A stretch of DNA of 54,859 nt from Candidatus Firestoneibacteriota bacterium (GTDB taxonomy: Bacteria; Oederibacteriota; D2-FULL-39-29; JBDRBU01), in the NCBI GenBank assembly GCA_043822305.1, contig JBDRBU010000107.1:1-54859 (forward strand). The letters are read 5' to 3'. Shown piece by piece: positions 9,250 through 19,130 of the stretch; the first letter of the stretch is position 1; every line of letters starts with the position of its first letter. A program made the translations under genes and the position numbers. Under the pieces are notes generated by a model. That model had not been told where the DNA came from and ran no database searches. It saw only the letters and a program-made list of their open reading frames with translations.

Positions 9250-10185
9250 TTAAAAGTTAATCAAATATGCTATTTTAATTCCGTCATTTTGATATTCAAA
9301 TGATATCACCCTTGGTTTTTGGACGCCTTTACTCTTAGCGGGATCAAATATAAACGGATCTATTACACCATAAACCCAGATGGCAGCAGAAACCCAAAAA
9401 CAAATATTATTTAAACTCCGTGTATCTCCTTCTTTTTTTACAAGAGATTGAAAATCGCTATCTGCACCTGCCGCTTGGTAATCCTTAACAGCCTGGTCAT
9501 GCAATAAATAGAAATAAATCGTACTGCCTATAGCCATAATTTCGCAGCCTGCTATTGCATATCCTTTAAGGTCCTGCCCATTTTCAATCTGACCCCATCC
9601 CGGCAGGAGTGCAGAACGCCAAGATATGTCATATGAAGTTTCAGCTCTGAGCACTATATTTTCAGTAACTTTTGCTTCCCGTTTAACAGGTTCTTTTAAT
9701 TTCTTTTCAACGGGTAAACCGGCCAGCAATCCGGCAACATATTTACAAAGGTCGGGTAGTTGAGTTTCTGAAATGCATTCTTCGGATACATTAGTAATTA
9801 CTTTAGCACTTTTAACATCAATTACTTTTGCTGTCATGTTGTATTTATATTCGATTTTACTTAAATTACCTATAACCACCTGCTGTACAGTTAAAATCGC
9901 TCCGATTTTTGCGATTTTAACTGTACAATCTGCTGAAATACAATCGGTCATTTGAAAAGATTGATCTTTTAGTATCTTATCAATATTTGATTTTTCCAAT
10001 ATGGAGTATTTTCCAGTATTAAACAACTCCATACGCAAACTATTAGATACCGTACTGGCCAGACTAAAAGATGTATCCTTGGGGACAAAGTCCATGACTG
10101 CTATTTGGATTTTCTGATCAGCTGACGATAATTTAAGACATGAAAAAATCATAAAAAACGAGACCAACAAGAGTTTTTTATGCAT
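9250..10185 (-). CDS. Exported CsgG/HfaB-like (TolB-N fold) protein with C-terminal DUF5683-like membrane region
   Basis: Signal peptide; IAVMDF...L..EL.NTGKY.ILEK..I.KIL..Q.FQ...C....C.V.I..I pattern; SALLPGWGQ motif. Start placed at ATG 10185. Confidence 0.7.
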   Translation of the reverse strand: MHKKLLLVSFFMIFSCLKLSSADQKIQIAVMDFVPKDTSFSLASTVSNSLRMELFNTGKYSILEKSNIDKILKDQSFQMTDCISADCTVKIAKIGAILTVQQVVIGNLSKIEYKYNMTAKVIDVKSAKVITNVSEECISETQLPDLCKYVAGLLAGLPVEKKLKEPVKREAKVTENIVLRAETSYDISWRSALLPGWGQIENGQDLKGYAIAGCEIMAIGSTIYFYLLHDQAVKDYQAAGADSDFQSLVKKEGDTRSLNNICFWVSAAIWVYGVIDPFIFDPAKSKGVQKPRVISFEYQNDGIKIAYLINF

Positions 10186-10214
10186 ATTCTTACCATCCCT
10201 CTTTAACATTTAAA

Positions 10215-11324
10215 TTATTTTCCATAAATTGCTTTTCTTATTTCTACAGGGTCCACAGGACATCCTTTTATTTTTGCCCCTTCAATTCCTAACTTCCTAA
10301 TAGCACAATCACCACATAATATAATTCTGCCTTCTTTACTACCTATTAAATCTTTATTCCCACCGGCAATAAGATTGACTTTCCCTTTTAATGTAAAACT
10401 AGACAAAACTTGCCATATATCCTTAATAACATTTGTTTGCCTCTTTATATGTCCTGGTCGAATTGCTTCCAGACAATTATCCCAGCATCTACTACAAGAA
10501 TTTGTAATATTTATACCTATTTTGCCAATATTTATCACTTTAAAAATCGGATTCCACTTAGCCAATGGTTTTGAAAATCCAATCACCTGTCCATCATCTT
10601 TTCTATCTTTCCATAGAGAATTTAAATAAGAAATCTTCGTAATATCCAACCCAACAAGGTCGCATGCAACTTTATCAACAAAAACAGAATCCTTACCACC
10701 AATTATACGATTAAACTCATACTTTCTGGGAAAAAGTTTACCAAAAGTTTCCCGAACAGTAGTTGCATCAACTAAGACCAATTCTGGTTTAAAATTATCC
10801 AAAAGTGACAGATTTTCTTCCAATCCCCATTTGTGAATATTTTTCTTATCTTCATCTGTTATTAAACCTTTTAAATTCTTTACCGCACATGTTATTGCTA
10901 CTTGAGGATGTCCTTTTAACACTGGAACATCAATTAAGGTTTTGTTTTTCAAAATTACCGGAGCATTTATCTTAAAAGTGCTTTTCTCATATTTCTCGTC
11001 TTTTAAATCCACTAATTTTACTTTCTCAAATTCTTTTTCAAGTTCATAATAACCCGCAATTAAAAATGATTTTTTTGTATCCGCATTTATGTAAGAACTT
11101 TCGGCCACATATATTTTTTCAATATCATATTTATCCAGAAGAACCTGGACTAACGCCCTGACTATTTTTACATCAGTAATAAATCCCGAGCCAGATTTAA
11201 GATAGGCCAGTACATTTGGTTTTATTATTATCTCGTTATGCTTTGGTGTAAAATTCAGTTCATCTAAAACATCAGCTATGTCTTTTTTTAGATTCTTTAT
11301 TTGTTTTATTATTACTTTATCCAT
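10215..11324 (-). CDS. DUF362 family Fe-S protein
   Basis: IIIKPN, TD, VAES, PVLKGH..AITCAVKNLKG, D.VAC; Cys-rich C-terminus (CSRC, GDCA, KGCP). Confidence 0.8.
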   Translation of the reverse strand: MDKVIIKQIKNLKKDIADVLDELNFTPKHNEIIIKPNVLAYLKSGSGFITDVKIVRALVQVLLDKYDIEKIYVAESSYINADTKKSFLIAGYYELEKEFEKVKLVDLKDEKYEKSTFKINAPVILKNKTLIDVPVLKGHPQVAITCAVKNLKGLITDEDKKNIHKWGLEENLSLLDNFKPELVLVDATTVRETFGKLFPRKYEFNRIIGGKDSVFVDKVACDLVGLDITKISYLNSLWKDRKDDGQVIGFSKPLAKWNPIFKVINIGKIGINITNSCSRCWDNCLEAIRPGHIKRQTNVIKDIWQVLSSFTLKGKVNLIAGGNKDLIGSKEGRIILCGDCAIRKLGIEGAKIKGCPVDPVEIRKAIYGK

Positions 11325-12174
11325 TTTTCTCTCCTATTATATAAAAATGATGAGCAAATAAATAATTTAAAGGAAAAATCATAAACTTCTCAAATAGTTC
11401 AAGCCGTTTTATCCACTTATTGTCTTTTAATTTGTCCTCATCGCCTTCCGGCAAAGAACTCCAATACCAGTTTTTCTTTTCTTCTTCGCTCATAATTGCT
11501 TTTATCTTGCCCCTCGTATGCATATCAAATGTATCAAACCAAGGAGGTGTGTCAAAACATCCTTTGGCCATAATTTTAAGTCCTGCTTTTTTAAAGAGTT
11601 TCTTCAACCGGCCAAGTCTCATCCACTTTACATATCCATGGTCCCAGACCTGTTTATTTTTAAAATGATAATATTTGTGAATGATATAACCGTAATTATA
11701 AAAGTTCTGTGTGGCTAAAAATACATATTTTTTTGAAACTCTTTTCATTTCATTAAGAAACGCTTCTCCATCTTTGAAATGCTCAAACATGCAGTAATTC
11801 CACACCAGGTCAAAACTACCGTCAGGAAAAGGGAGTTTCTCGTACACCCCGGGTTTAAAACTCGCCTTCTCGTTAAGTTTAAGTAAACTCCAGAACTTCT
11901 TTGCATTATCGAGCAGTGCTTCCGATGGGCTGCAAACGGTAACCGAAGAGCCAATTCTTGCAAAGACCACGCTGTTCATCCCCGGAATACCCATAAGCCC
12001 GTCAACCGGAGCCTCAAGTACAGTTTTCGGCTTCTGGTCATTATCAAAAACTTTTCTTATAATCCTGTTTAAAAAAATCCTTTCCGAAGCGATTCCCAAA
12101 CCTTCGTCAAAATCCTTGGTCATATCTGGCAGGTTCCTGTCTATAAAATTTAAAAGAAGTTCTCTGTCATCCAT
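11317..12174 (-). CDS. Atypical class I SAM methyltransferase-like protein
   Basis: LPFPDGSFDLVWN..MFEHF and EMKRVSKKYV; the canonical GxGxG is replaced by LEAP. Confidence 0.7.
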   Translation of the reverse strand: MDDRELLLNFIDRNLPDMTKDFDEGLGIASERIFLNRIIRKVFDNDQKPKTVLEAPVDGLMGIPGMNSVVFARIGSSVTVCSPSEALLDNAKKFWSLLKLNEKASFKPGVYEKLPFPDGSFDLVWNYCMFEHFKDGEAFLNEMKRVSKKYVFLATQNFYNYGYIIHKYYHFKNKQVWDHGYVKWMRLGRLKKLFKKAGLKIMAKGCFDTPPWFDTFDMHTRGKIKAIMSEEEKKNWYWSSLPEGDEDKLKDNKWIKRLELFEKFMIFPLNYLFAHHFYIIGEKNG

Positions 12175-12918
12175 TTACTTTTCCCCCAGAATATATATAT
12201 GGTGGCTTATAACTGCCTTGATAAATTCAGGAAAATTCTTTTTTTCCAAACTTCCAAGTTTTTCAACTATTCCGTAATCCACTTTTTCCTGATTAACCCC
12301 TTGTTCGACTTTAATTCCCAGCCACTGCTTGAGTTCTCTCCTCGAAAATCCTATATCCGGTATCGGCGGCATATCAATATACCCGCATTTTAGTATTTTT
12401 ATGTTATTCTTTCTGAAGAGTTTCATAATTCCCCGCTTTGTCCTTAAAGAAAGACTACCCCTCTCGGCATGCCGGCACTCCTGTCTCGTTATCAGGTGAT
12501 AACCAAAATGAAATGGCGACCCGCAATTTAAAACATTAGGCACAAAGGCCAGCAAGTATTTCTTTGAATATTTAAGCATGTCCTTTAACCCGGAAGGATC
12601 CAGCTGAAGCGAAGCAAAATTCCAGACCAAATCATATTGCTTAAGATTTTCTTTGCCAACAAATTCCGGGTTATCGTTAAATTTCCATTTTTCTTTTATC
12701 TTCTCCAGATTGTCATCGGTTAAAGTAACTTTACTTAAAGGCATGAAGGCTACATTATCATACCCTTTTGTGATGGGACACCCGAATTCCATCACTTCTT
12801 CAAACTTGTATTCATCATTTATACTTTTAAAAAACCTGTGAAGCATTATTCTCTCATAAACCGACCCGATACCCTCGTTCCATGTAACTTCGATTATTTT
12901 CTTTTCCATTTCATCCAT
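12175..12918 (-). CDS. Methyltransferase-fold protein, paralog of 11317..12174
   Basis: Shares EGIG..YER, DLVWN, SKKY, N..N.G...H..YH and G..D.PP..D with its neighbour; MEFGC as motif I. Confidence 0.65.
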   Translation of the reverse strand: MDEMEKKIIEVTWNEGIGSVYERIMLHRFFKSINDEYKFEEVMEFGCPITKGYDNVAFMPLSKVTLTDDNLEKIKEKWKFNDNPEFVGKENLKQYDLVWNFASLQLDPSGLKDMLKYSKKYLLAFVPNVLNCGSPFHFGYHLITRQECRHAERGSLSLRTKRGIMKLFRKNNIKILKCGYIDMPPIPDIGFSRRELKQWLGIKVEQGVNQEKVDYGIVEKLGSLEKKNFPEFIKAVISHHIYILGEK

Positions 12919-12922
12919 ATTT

Positions 12923-13996
12923 TCACCCAAAAATATATTTTATTCCCACCTTAAATAGAGCGGGATAACTCATCATAATATTTGTGTAGGCCATATTGGC
13001 CAGCGGGCAGTAGCAGGAAGTATTTTTTATATCTTCCCTTAATTTTTCGGCTCTTTCACCCATCCAGATTTTTTTAAAGTTAAAACCAGTATCTCTTAAG
13101 TTACCTATGGACTCTGCTTTTACACAGCAGAACCACACATTCCCATCCGGCGTAATATGAGCTGTCGTAATTCCAGCATAACAAGGGATAATTTCTTTTT
13201 TTTGAATTATACTTCTCTTTAAAATATTATAGTATTCTATCCTTATGGCTTTGGTTAACCTTCCTACACCCTGAAAGTGCTTTGCGTTAATCTCGCCTAA
13301 AAGAAAATCTATAACTCCGATATAATCCCTCTCTTCAGGAACAATATCCTTGTCTATAGTCATAAGCTCGTTTCTTTGCTCGGCTATCTCCGTAATATAC
13401 GAATCAGGATTAAGTTTAATAAGTTCGAAATAAATCTCCTTGAATCTTTTCACATTAAACCGAGAAATTACAGTATGAATGCCAACACTTATATTTTTGG
13501 TTTTTATCTCTTTTAACTTTTTCAGAACATCGACCGACTTGTTAAAGTTACCTTTCACCCCTCTTATTTCATCGTCCATTTCGCCTATTTCATCTATGGA
13601 CAGATTGAAAATAAACCTTGAATCCGGGCACGAGCGAACCATCTCTTCGGCTTTTACCGGAATAATATCCGATAATATTCCATTAGTTGGTATATTTATA
13701 ACCTTTGGTCTGCATCTTCTATAAAGGCTTTTAATTATTTCGGTGATATCTTTTCTTATAAACGGCTCTCCTCCGCTTATTGTAACCCAATATGGAGAAC
13801 TGCCGAGCGAATTGAATGTCCTGTCAAACTCCTCAAGAGTAAGATCATCAGATTTCCTGTCCCAGACATAGCATGTCTTACATCTTGAGTTACATTTAAA
13901 AGTAACACTTATCGTGTAGCTGAAAGGCATCATCTTCGGCCAGCCGAATCTATAAAACGACTTATATAGAGGTATTTTCAATCCTATTTTAATCAT
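12923..13996 (-). CDS. Radical SAM protein with SPASM/twitch-like C-terminal Cys motif
   Basis: CNSRCKTC, ISGGEPF, PTNG, CYAG...PDGNVWFCC...CYCP. Start at ATG 13996 (ATGA overlap). Confidence 0.88.
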   Translation of the reverse strand: MIKIGLKIPLYKSFYRFGWPKMMPFSYTISVTFKCNSRCKTCYVWDRKSDDLTLEEFDRTFNSLGSSPYWVTISGGEPFIRKDITEIIKSLYRRCRPKVINIPTNGILSDIIPVKAEEMVRSCPDSRFIFNLSIDEIGEMDDEIRGVKGNFNKSVDVLKKLKEIKTKNISVGIHTVISRFNVKRFKEIYFELIKLNPDSYITEIAEQRNELMTIDKDIVPEERDYIGVIDFLLGEINAKHFQGVGRLTKAIRIEYYNILKRSIIQKKEIIPCYAGITTAHITPDGNVWFCCVKAESIGNLRDTGFNFKKIWMGERAEKLREDIKNTSCYCPLANMAYTNIMMSYPALFKVGIKYIFG

Positions 13997-14874
13997 TTTA
14001 GTTTTTTTGTGCTTTCTGCAATATCCCACTTATATGGATTCTTTTTCTTAAAGTAAAAATCATAAAACCCGAGAAACCGGCCATATGCTTCTAATAGTAT
14101 TGCCCCTAGAGTAAACAATATAATTTTTGGCTTTAATTTAATATTACTTAAAATAATTCCAATTATTCTTTTATTATTCATTGTTGAAGCAACATAATTC
14201 TGATTTTTCTTAACCCATAAATGTCCGGCATAAATCCTTCTTCTTTGTTTAATAAAATCAGATATTGTCTCTGCTCCTTTATTGTAAACTATCGCTTCGG
14301 GTATATATCTTAATTCATAACCTTTCTCTTTTATTTGAGCTTCTAGGCTAACTTCGTCAACGGCAGTTTCTTCCGGTATAGATTTTATTATATTTCTAAA
14401 AGATACCATCTCTCCTAATTTTGGATACTCAAGCGCCAATCTGTGATGTAAATCCCATAACATATTCACTGTAAATCCCAAGAATGTATTCTTATCATCC
14501 ACAGGAGTGGGATGCCCACCCGTCATTCCTATTTTATTATCCCTAAAAGGATTAACTAAAACTTCTATCGTTTTCTTATCGGGAATAGTATCCGCACTTT
14601 CTAAAACACATACATCGCCCTTGGCTTCTTTTAAAAATAAGTTTATGGCTGATGCTTTACCTTCTCTTTCTTTTTGGGAAATTAATTTTATCCTTTTATC
14701 CCTATCAATAAACTCTTTTACAATAATTTCAGTATTATCTGTACAACCACTACAGACTACAATTATTTCCCCAATCTCTACTTCTGATAACTCTTGATGT
14801 CCCAATGTATCTAACAATTTACCCATATTATTTTCTTCATTATAGGCCATTATGCCCAGACTACACCTTATCAT
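13993..14874 (-). CDS. GT2 family glycosyltransferase
   Basis: GIMAYNEE, SGCTDNT, REGKASA, SAD (DXD position), VDE, QRRRI. Confidence 0.88.
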   Translation of the reverse strand: MIRCSLGIMAYNEENNMGKLLDTLGHQELSEVEIGEIIVVCSGCTDNTEIIVKEFIDRDKRIKLISQKEREGKASAINLFLKEAKGDVCVLESADTIPDKKTIEVLVNPFRDNKIGMTGGHPTPVDDKNTFLGFTVNMLWDLHHRLALEYPKLGEMVSFRNIIKSIPEETAVDEVSLEAQIKEKGYELRYIPEAIVYNKGAETISDFIKQRRRIYAGHLWVKKNQNYVASTMNNKRIIGIILSNIKLKPKIILFTLGAILLEAYGRFLGFYDFYFKKKNPYKWDIAESTKKLK

Positions 14875-17191
14875 ATCTTTTCCTCTTTATTTCTAAAACC
14901 ATAATTGATAAAGCAATTATAACAGCCATAATAGTAATAATCACACCTATGATAAAACTTGTAGGTTTGTAAAAAAATGTTATATTATGCTTTCCTTTTT
15001 CAACATATATTGCTCTAAACAATCCATATGCAGGATAAATCTTGGTTTCCTGGCCATCTAGACTCGCTTTCCACTCCGGATAAAATACTTCACTTAAAAC
15101 AAGCATTGAATTATTATCTGTATTAACTTCTATATCCACTTTGTTTGGAATATAGTTAACTACTTTAACCCGTGCACCAAAAAGTGCAGGGTTTACTTCT
15201 GCTGGTTTATTAACTGATTTATCTAATTGGTAAGGAATTTCTTCCTCTAATATCACCGAACTTAAAGGATTAAAGTCTGGAGCATTTATAGTCTTATAAA
15301 TACTTTCTTTATTTTTAATTACTGTCCTATTATTTACCAAATATGCTCTTGGCCAACATAAAAGATTCTCGTAAATCTTAACATTTTTATCAAATATTAA
15401 TTTAAAATTAGGATGATTTATCTCTTGATTGGATAAAAGATATTTAACATTTAATAAATTTAATACATTAATATTATTTAAACCGGCTTTGCTTGTGAAA
15501 TCAGTATATATTTTCAAAGGAAGTCCATGGTAACCGCCTATGCTTTGTATTTCCTCGGTTATAAACCAATTTTTCATATATAAGTCACCCAGAGGGTAAA
15601 CCCGGTATAAAGAATTATCCTTTTTTAACACATCAACTATTTCTTCTCGTATTATATCATCTTGTTTAAGAGGTGCAGTTTTCACACATAAAGATTCAAT
15701 AGTCCAAACATCTACTAAATGAAGAATTAACAAACAGACTATTAAAGAATATTTATCTATTTTAGAATAAAAAGATAAAAATACAAATATGGCGCCTATC
15801 CAGAAAAATATAACTAATCTAAACATATCGTCTAATATCATTTTATATAATATACTCCCTATTTGTGTTAAATCCTGATTAACAAATTTATTCTTTATTA
15901 ATTCCAGCTTTTGCATGGACGAAATAAAATCTGATGAATTAGAACCAAAGACAATCCATCCTAAAGAAAATATTACACCTAAAACAATCATAATTATTAA
16001 AAATTTTTTAAAATTCTTTAAATTATTTATCTTATCTTTTTTGTTGATAAAATTTAAAATAAAATCAAATCCGATACCAGAAAGTACTGTTATTGAAAAT
16101 GCGAAGAACACTAACCATCTGGCTGGAGACCTGAAACCGTTTATAATCGGAATCTTATACAGCAAACTATATAATGGAGTGTATTTACCAAAAGAAAGTA
16201 TTAGGGCTAAAACCGTTAAACAAACAAAAAATATTGCCCTTTTATCCTTTATTAAAAAAAACACAGCAACAAATGCAAGTATAAGTGGCAGTATTCCAAA
16301 ATACTCACTGGTTAGCCAAAAAGAGCAATGCCCCCAATATGTTGATTCCATAAGACCAAAAAACCTTGGCAACAAAAATGTAATTAGTTCAGCAGGATGA
16401 TATGACCAGGAAGTAAAAAATTCATAGTTAACATCTCCTCTAAAAGAAAACTTATTATAAAAAAATGCCGGAATAAACTGAAGGGCACTGATTAAGGGTA
16501 TAAACAAAATAAAAGCCAGAAAAAACAAAATTAGTTTGTATTTAAAATTATCTTTTAACCTGTATATAAAGTATAAAGTAACTACAAAAACACCATAGAC
16601 CATATATTGATGTCCAAAGGCTAATATCTGCAAAGCCGCCACAAAACTTCCCGCGATAAAATAAGAAAAGTATTCTTTCTGCATGCCTTTTTCTATGAAA
16701 TAAAACAAAAGCGGAATAAGGGCTATGGCGTGCACATTATTTAAATGTCCAGCATTGATTAAAGTGGTGATATTACCGCAAAACATCCAGAAAACTCCCG
16801 CAATAAAGGCAGATAATTTGGATAAATTTATGGCCCGAGCAAAAAGATACATAAAAAACCCGGCAAAAAAGATATGCAGAACATAAGAAAACAAGATAAA
16901 ATCATTCCATGGGAAATTTAACAAAAAATAAAATATGTAAGTAGGATAAAAAATACCTGTGGTTGGTTGATGAGGCATACCACCAAAAACATACGGAATC
17001 CAGTACGGTATCTGATGTTTATTTACTATTGTCTGATTGAAGGCATCATAATATTGTCCCATAAGAACAATATCATGTCCAAATATCATTTTATCTGCTT
17101 CAAAGAATCTTATTGAATATATAAAAGTAAGAAGAGCAAATAAAATTATTGGAATTATATTTTCTGAAAACCAATTTTTTTGATTATTCAT
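14861..17191 (-). CDS. YfhO-family GT-C membrane glycosyltransferase
   Basis: PYWIPYVFGGMP...FYP, ~12 TMs, FRSPARW, GGYHG, LLNVKY, PRAY, LVLSEVFYPEWKA.LDG, GLFRAI. Confidence 0.85.
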   Translation of the reverse strand: MNNQKNWFSENIIPIILFALLTFIYSIRFFEADKMIFGHDIVLMGQYYDAFNQTIVNKHQIPYWIPYVFGGMPHQPTTGIFYPTYIFYFLLNFPWNDFILFSYVLHIFFAGFFMYLFARAINLSKLSAFIAGVFWMFCGNITTLINAGHLNNVHAIALIPLLFYFIEKGMQKEYFSYFIAGSFVAALQILAFGHQYMVYGVFVVTLYFIYRLKDNFKYKLILFFLAFILFIPLISALQFIPAFFYNKFSFRGDVNYEFFTSWSYHPAELITFLLPRFFGLMESTYWGHCSFWLTSEYFGILPLILAFVAVFFLIKDKRAIFFVCLTVLALILSFGKYTPLYSLLYKIPIINGFRSPARWLVFFAFSITVLSGIGFDFILNFINKKDKINNLKNFKKFLIIMIVLGVIFSLGWIVFGSNSSDFISSMQKLELIKNKFVNQDLTQIGSILYKMILDDMFRLVIFFWIGAIFVFLSFYSKIDKYSLIVCLLILHLVDVWTIESLCVKTAPLKQDDIIREEIVDVLKKDNSLYRVYPLGDLYMKNWFITEEIQSIGGYHGLPLKIYTDFTSKAGLNNINVLNLLNVKYLLSNQEINHPNFKLIFDKNVKIYENLLCWPRAYLVNNRTVIKNKESIYKTINAPDFNPLSSVILEEEIPYQLDKSVNKPAEVNPALFGARVKVVNYIPNKVDIEVNTDNNSMLVLSEVFYPEWKASLDGQETKIYPAYGLFRAIYVEKGKHNITFFYKPTSFIIGVIITIMAVIIALSIMVLEIKRKRYDKV
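15167..15193. repeat. 27-bp palindromic element inserted in-frame in the YfhO-like CDS
   Basis: AACCC(G)TGCAC-CAAAAA-GTGCAGGGTT encodes NPALFGARV; removing it leaves EV-KVVNY in frame. Confidence 0.7.
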
Positions 17192-19130
17192 TTGAAATGT
17201 AATTTAATAATCCCCCTGCGAGAATAATGTCTTTTTGTCTTTTTTGAAGGTAAAGTTTAACTTTAAAACGATAATTTTTAGTTTTATTAGATATTTCTAA
17301 ATTTTCTTTCTGATTTCTGATTTCCAGGATATCTCCCTCACTGATTTTATCATAATCTTTTTCATTCGTAAAAGTTAAAGGCAATATTCCAAAATTTGTT
17401 AAATTGGCTAAATGTATTCTGGCAAATGATTTTGCCACAGCTGCTTTAACTCCCAGATATCTGGGTGATATGGCGGCATGTTCCCGACTGGAACCCTGAC
17501 CATAGTTTTTACCGGCGACAATAAAACCACCTTTCTTTTCTTTTGCTCTTTTTACAAAGTTAACATCAATTTTACTAAACACATATTCTGAAATCGCCGG
17601 AATATTTGAACGAAGTGGTAGTATCTTAGCCCCTGCTGGCAAAATATCATCAGTGGTTATATTATCTTTCAATTTAATTAAAACTCCTCCCGTTAAATTT
17701 TTCTTAAGTTTACTAAAATGAGGCAAGGGTTTTATATTAGGTCCTCTTATGATTTTTATTTTTAAAGAATCTTTTGGCGGTTTTATTATTAGGCTATCGT
17801 TTACATCCACTTTTGGTTCAATAATTTCAGGCATTTTTCTTAACTCTCTCGGGTCAGATATGTACCCTTTTATGGCACTATAAGCAGCAACTTCTGGACT
17901 ACAAAGATATACTTCTGCATCGGCTGTTCCTGAACGACCCTTAAAATTTCTATTAAATGTCCTGAGAGAAACTCCACAAGATGCCGGTGCCTGACCCATA
18001 CCTAAACAAGGACCACACGCCGTTTCTAAAATTCTCCCCCCGGCCTTTATTATTGTAGAAAGTGCGCCATTTTTGGCTATCATTTCTAATACTTGTTTAG
18101 AACCAGGGGCAACAACAAAACTTACATCAGGATGTATTCTTTTATTTTTCAAAATATAAGCAACTTTCATTAAATCTTTATATGAAGAGTTTGTACAACT
18201 TCCAACTATCACCTGATTAACTTTTATTTTTTTTAACTCACGAACTTTGCAAACATTATCTGGACTATGTGGTCTGGCAATTAAAGGCTCAAGTTTATCT
18301 AACTTTATTGTAATTTCTTCATCATAATGTGCATTATTATCTGGCTTTATCTCTTTCCAATCTTTTGCTCTATTCTGCCATCTTAAAAATTTCAAAGTTT
18401 CTTCATCAGAAGGGAAGATTGAGGTTGTCGCACCTAATTCTGCCCCCATATTACATATAGTAGCCCTTTCAGGAACCGATAAATTTTTTAAACCATTACC
18501 TGTATATTCAAATATCTTTCCGATACCACCTTTAACTCCCCACCTTCGTAATATTTCCAATATTATATCTTTAGCCGATACCCATGGTTTTAAAGTACCA
18601 ATTAAATTCACTTTAATTATCTTTGGCCTAATAAAATAAAATGGCCTGCCGGCCAGAGCCCAAGCAACATCTAAACCACCGGCACCGATAGCGAGCATTC
18701 CAAGACCACCGCAAGTTGGAGTATGAGAATCAGAACCAAGTAAAGTATCACCCGGAATGGCAAATCTTTCTAAATGAACCTGATGACATATCCCCTGCCC
18801 CGATTTTGAAAAATATATTCCATACTTTGCTGCAAATGTTTGCAAAAATAAATGGTCGTCAAAATTTTCAAATCCAGACTGCAAAGTATTATGGTCAACA
18901 TAGCTCACGGAAAGTTTTGTTTTAACTTTTGGAATATTTAAAGACTCGAATTCCAAACAGACCAAAGTACCTGTAGCATCTTGAGTTAATGTCTGGTCTA
19001 TTTTTAGACCTATTTCTTCTCCACATTTAAGAACACCATTTATTAAATGTTTTCTTAATATCTTCTGTGCTATATTCTCACCAAAAATAGTCGCTGTCCC
19101 TATTTTATTCCCAGTTTTCTTTTTCAACAT
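17184..19130 (-). CDS. Aconitate hydratase (single-chain ~650-aa aconitase type)
   Basis: QDATGT, DHN, GICHQVH, GSDSHT, GSCTNSS, ACGPCLGMG, RTFNRNF, TTDDI, NYGQGSSREHAA. Confidence 0.92.
   Translation of the reverse strand: MLKKKTGNKIGTATIFGENIAQKILRKHLINGVLKCGEEIGLKIDQTLTQDATGTLVCLEFESLNIPKVKTKLSVSYVDHNTLQSGFENFDDHLFLQTFAAKYGIYFSKSGQGICHQVHLERFAIPGDTLLGSDSHTPTCGGLGMLAIGAGGLDVAWALAGRPFYFIRPKIIKVNLIGTLKPWVSAKDIILEILRRWGVKGGIGKIFEYTGNGLKNLSVPERATICNMGAELGATTSIFPSDEETLKFLRWQNRAKDWKEIKPDNNAHYDEEITIKLDKLEPLIARPHSPDNVCKVRELKKIKVNQVIVGSCTNSSYKDLMKVAYILKNKRIHPDVSFVVAPGSKQVLEMIAKNGALSTIIKAGGRILETACGPCLGMGQAPASCGVSLRTFNRNFKGRSGTADAEVYLCSPEVAAYSAIKGYISDPRELRKMPEIIEPKVDVNDSLIIKPPKDSLKIKIIRGPNIKPLPHFSKLKKNLTGGVLIKLKDNITTDDILPAGAKILPLRSNIPAISEYVFSKIDVNFVKRAKEKKGGFIVAGKNYGQGSSREHAAISPRYLGVKAAVAKSFARIHLANLTNFGILPLTFTNEKDYDKISEGDILEIRNQKENLEISNKTKNYRFKVKLYLQKRQKDIILAGGLLNYISNE
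19083..19106. repeat. GGGACA-core palindromic repeat inside the aconitase 5' end
   Basis: Minus strand AAAATAGGGACAGCGACTATTTTT (24 bp) encodes KIGTATIF. Confidence 0.75.
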
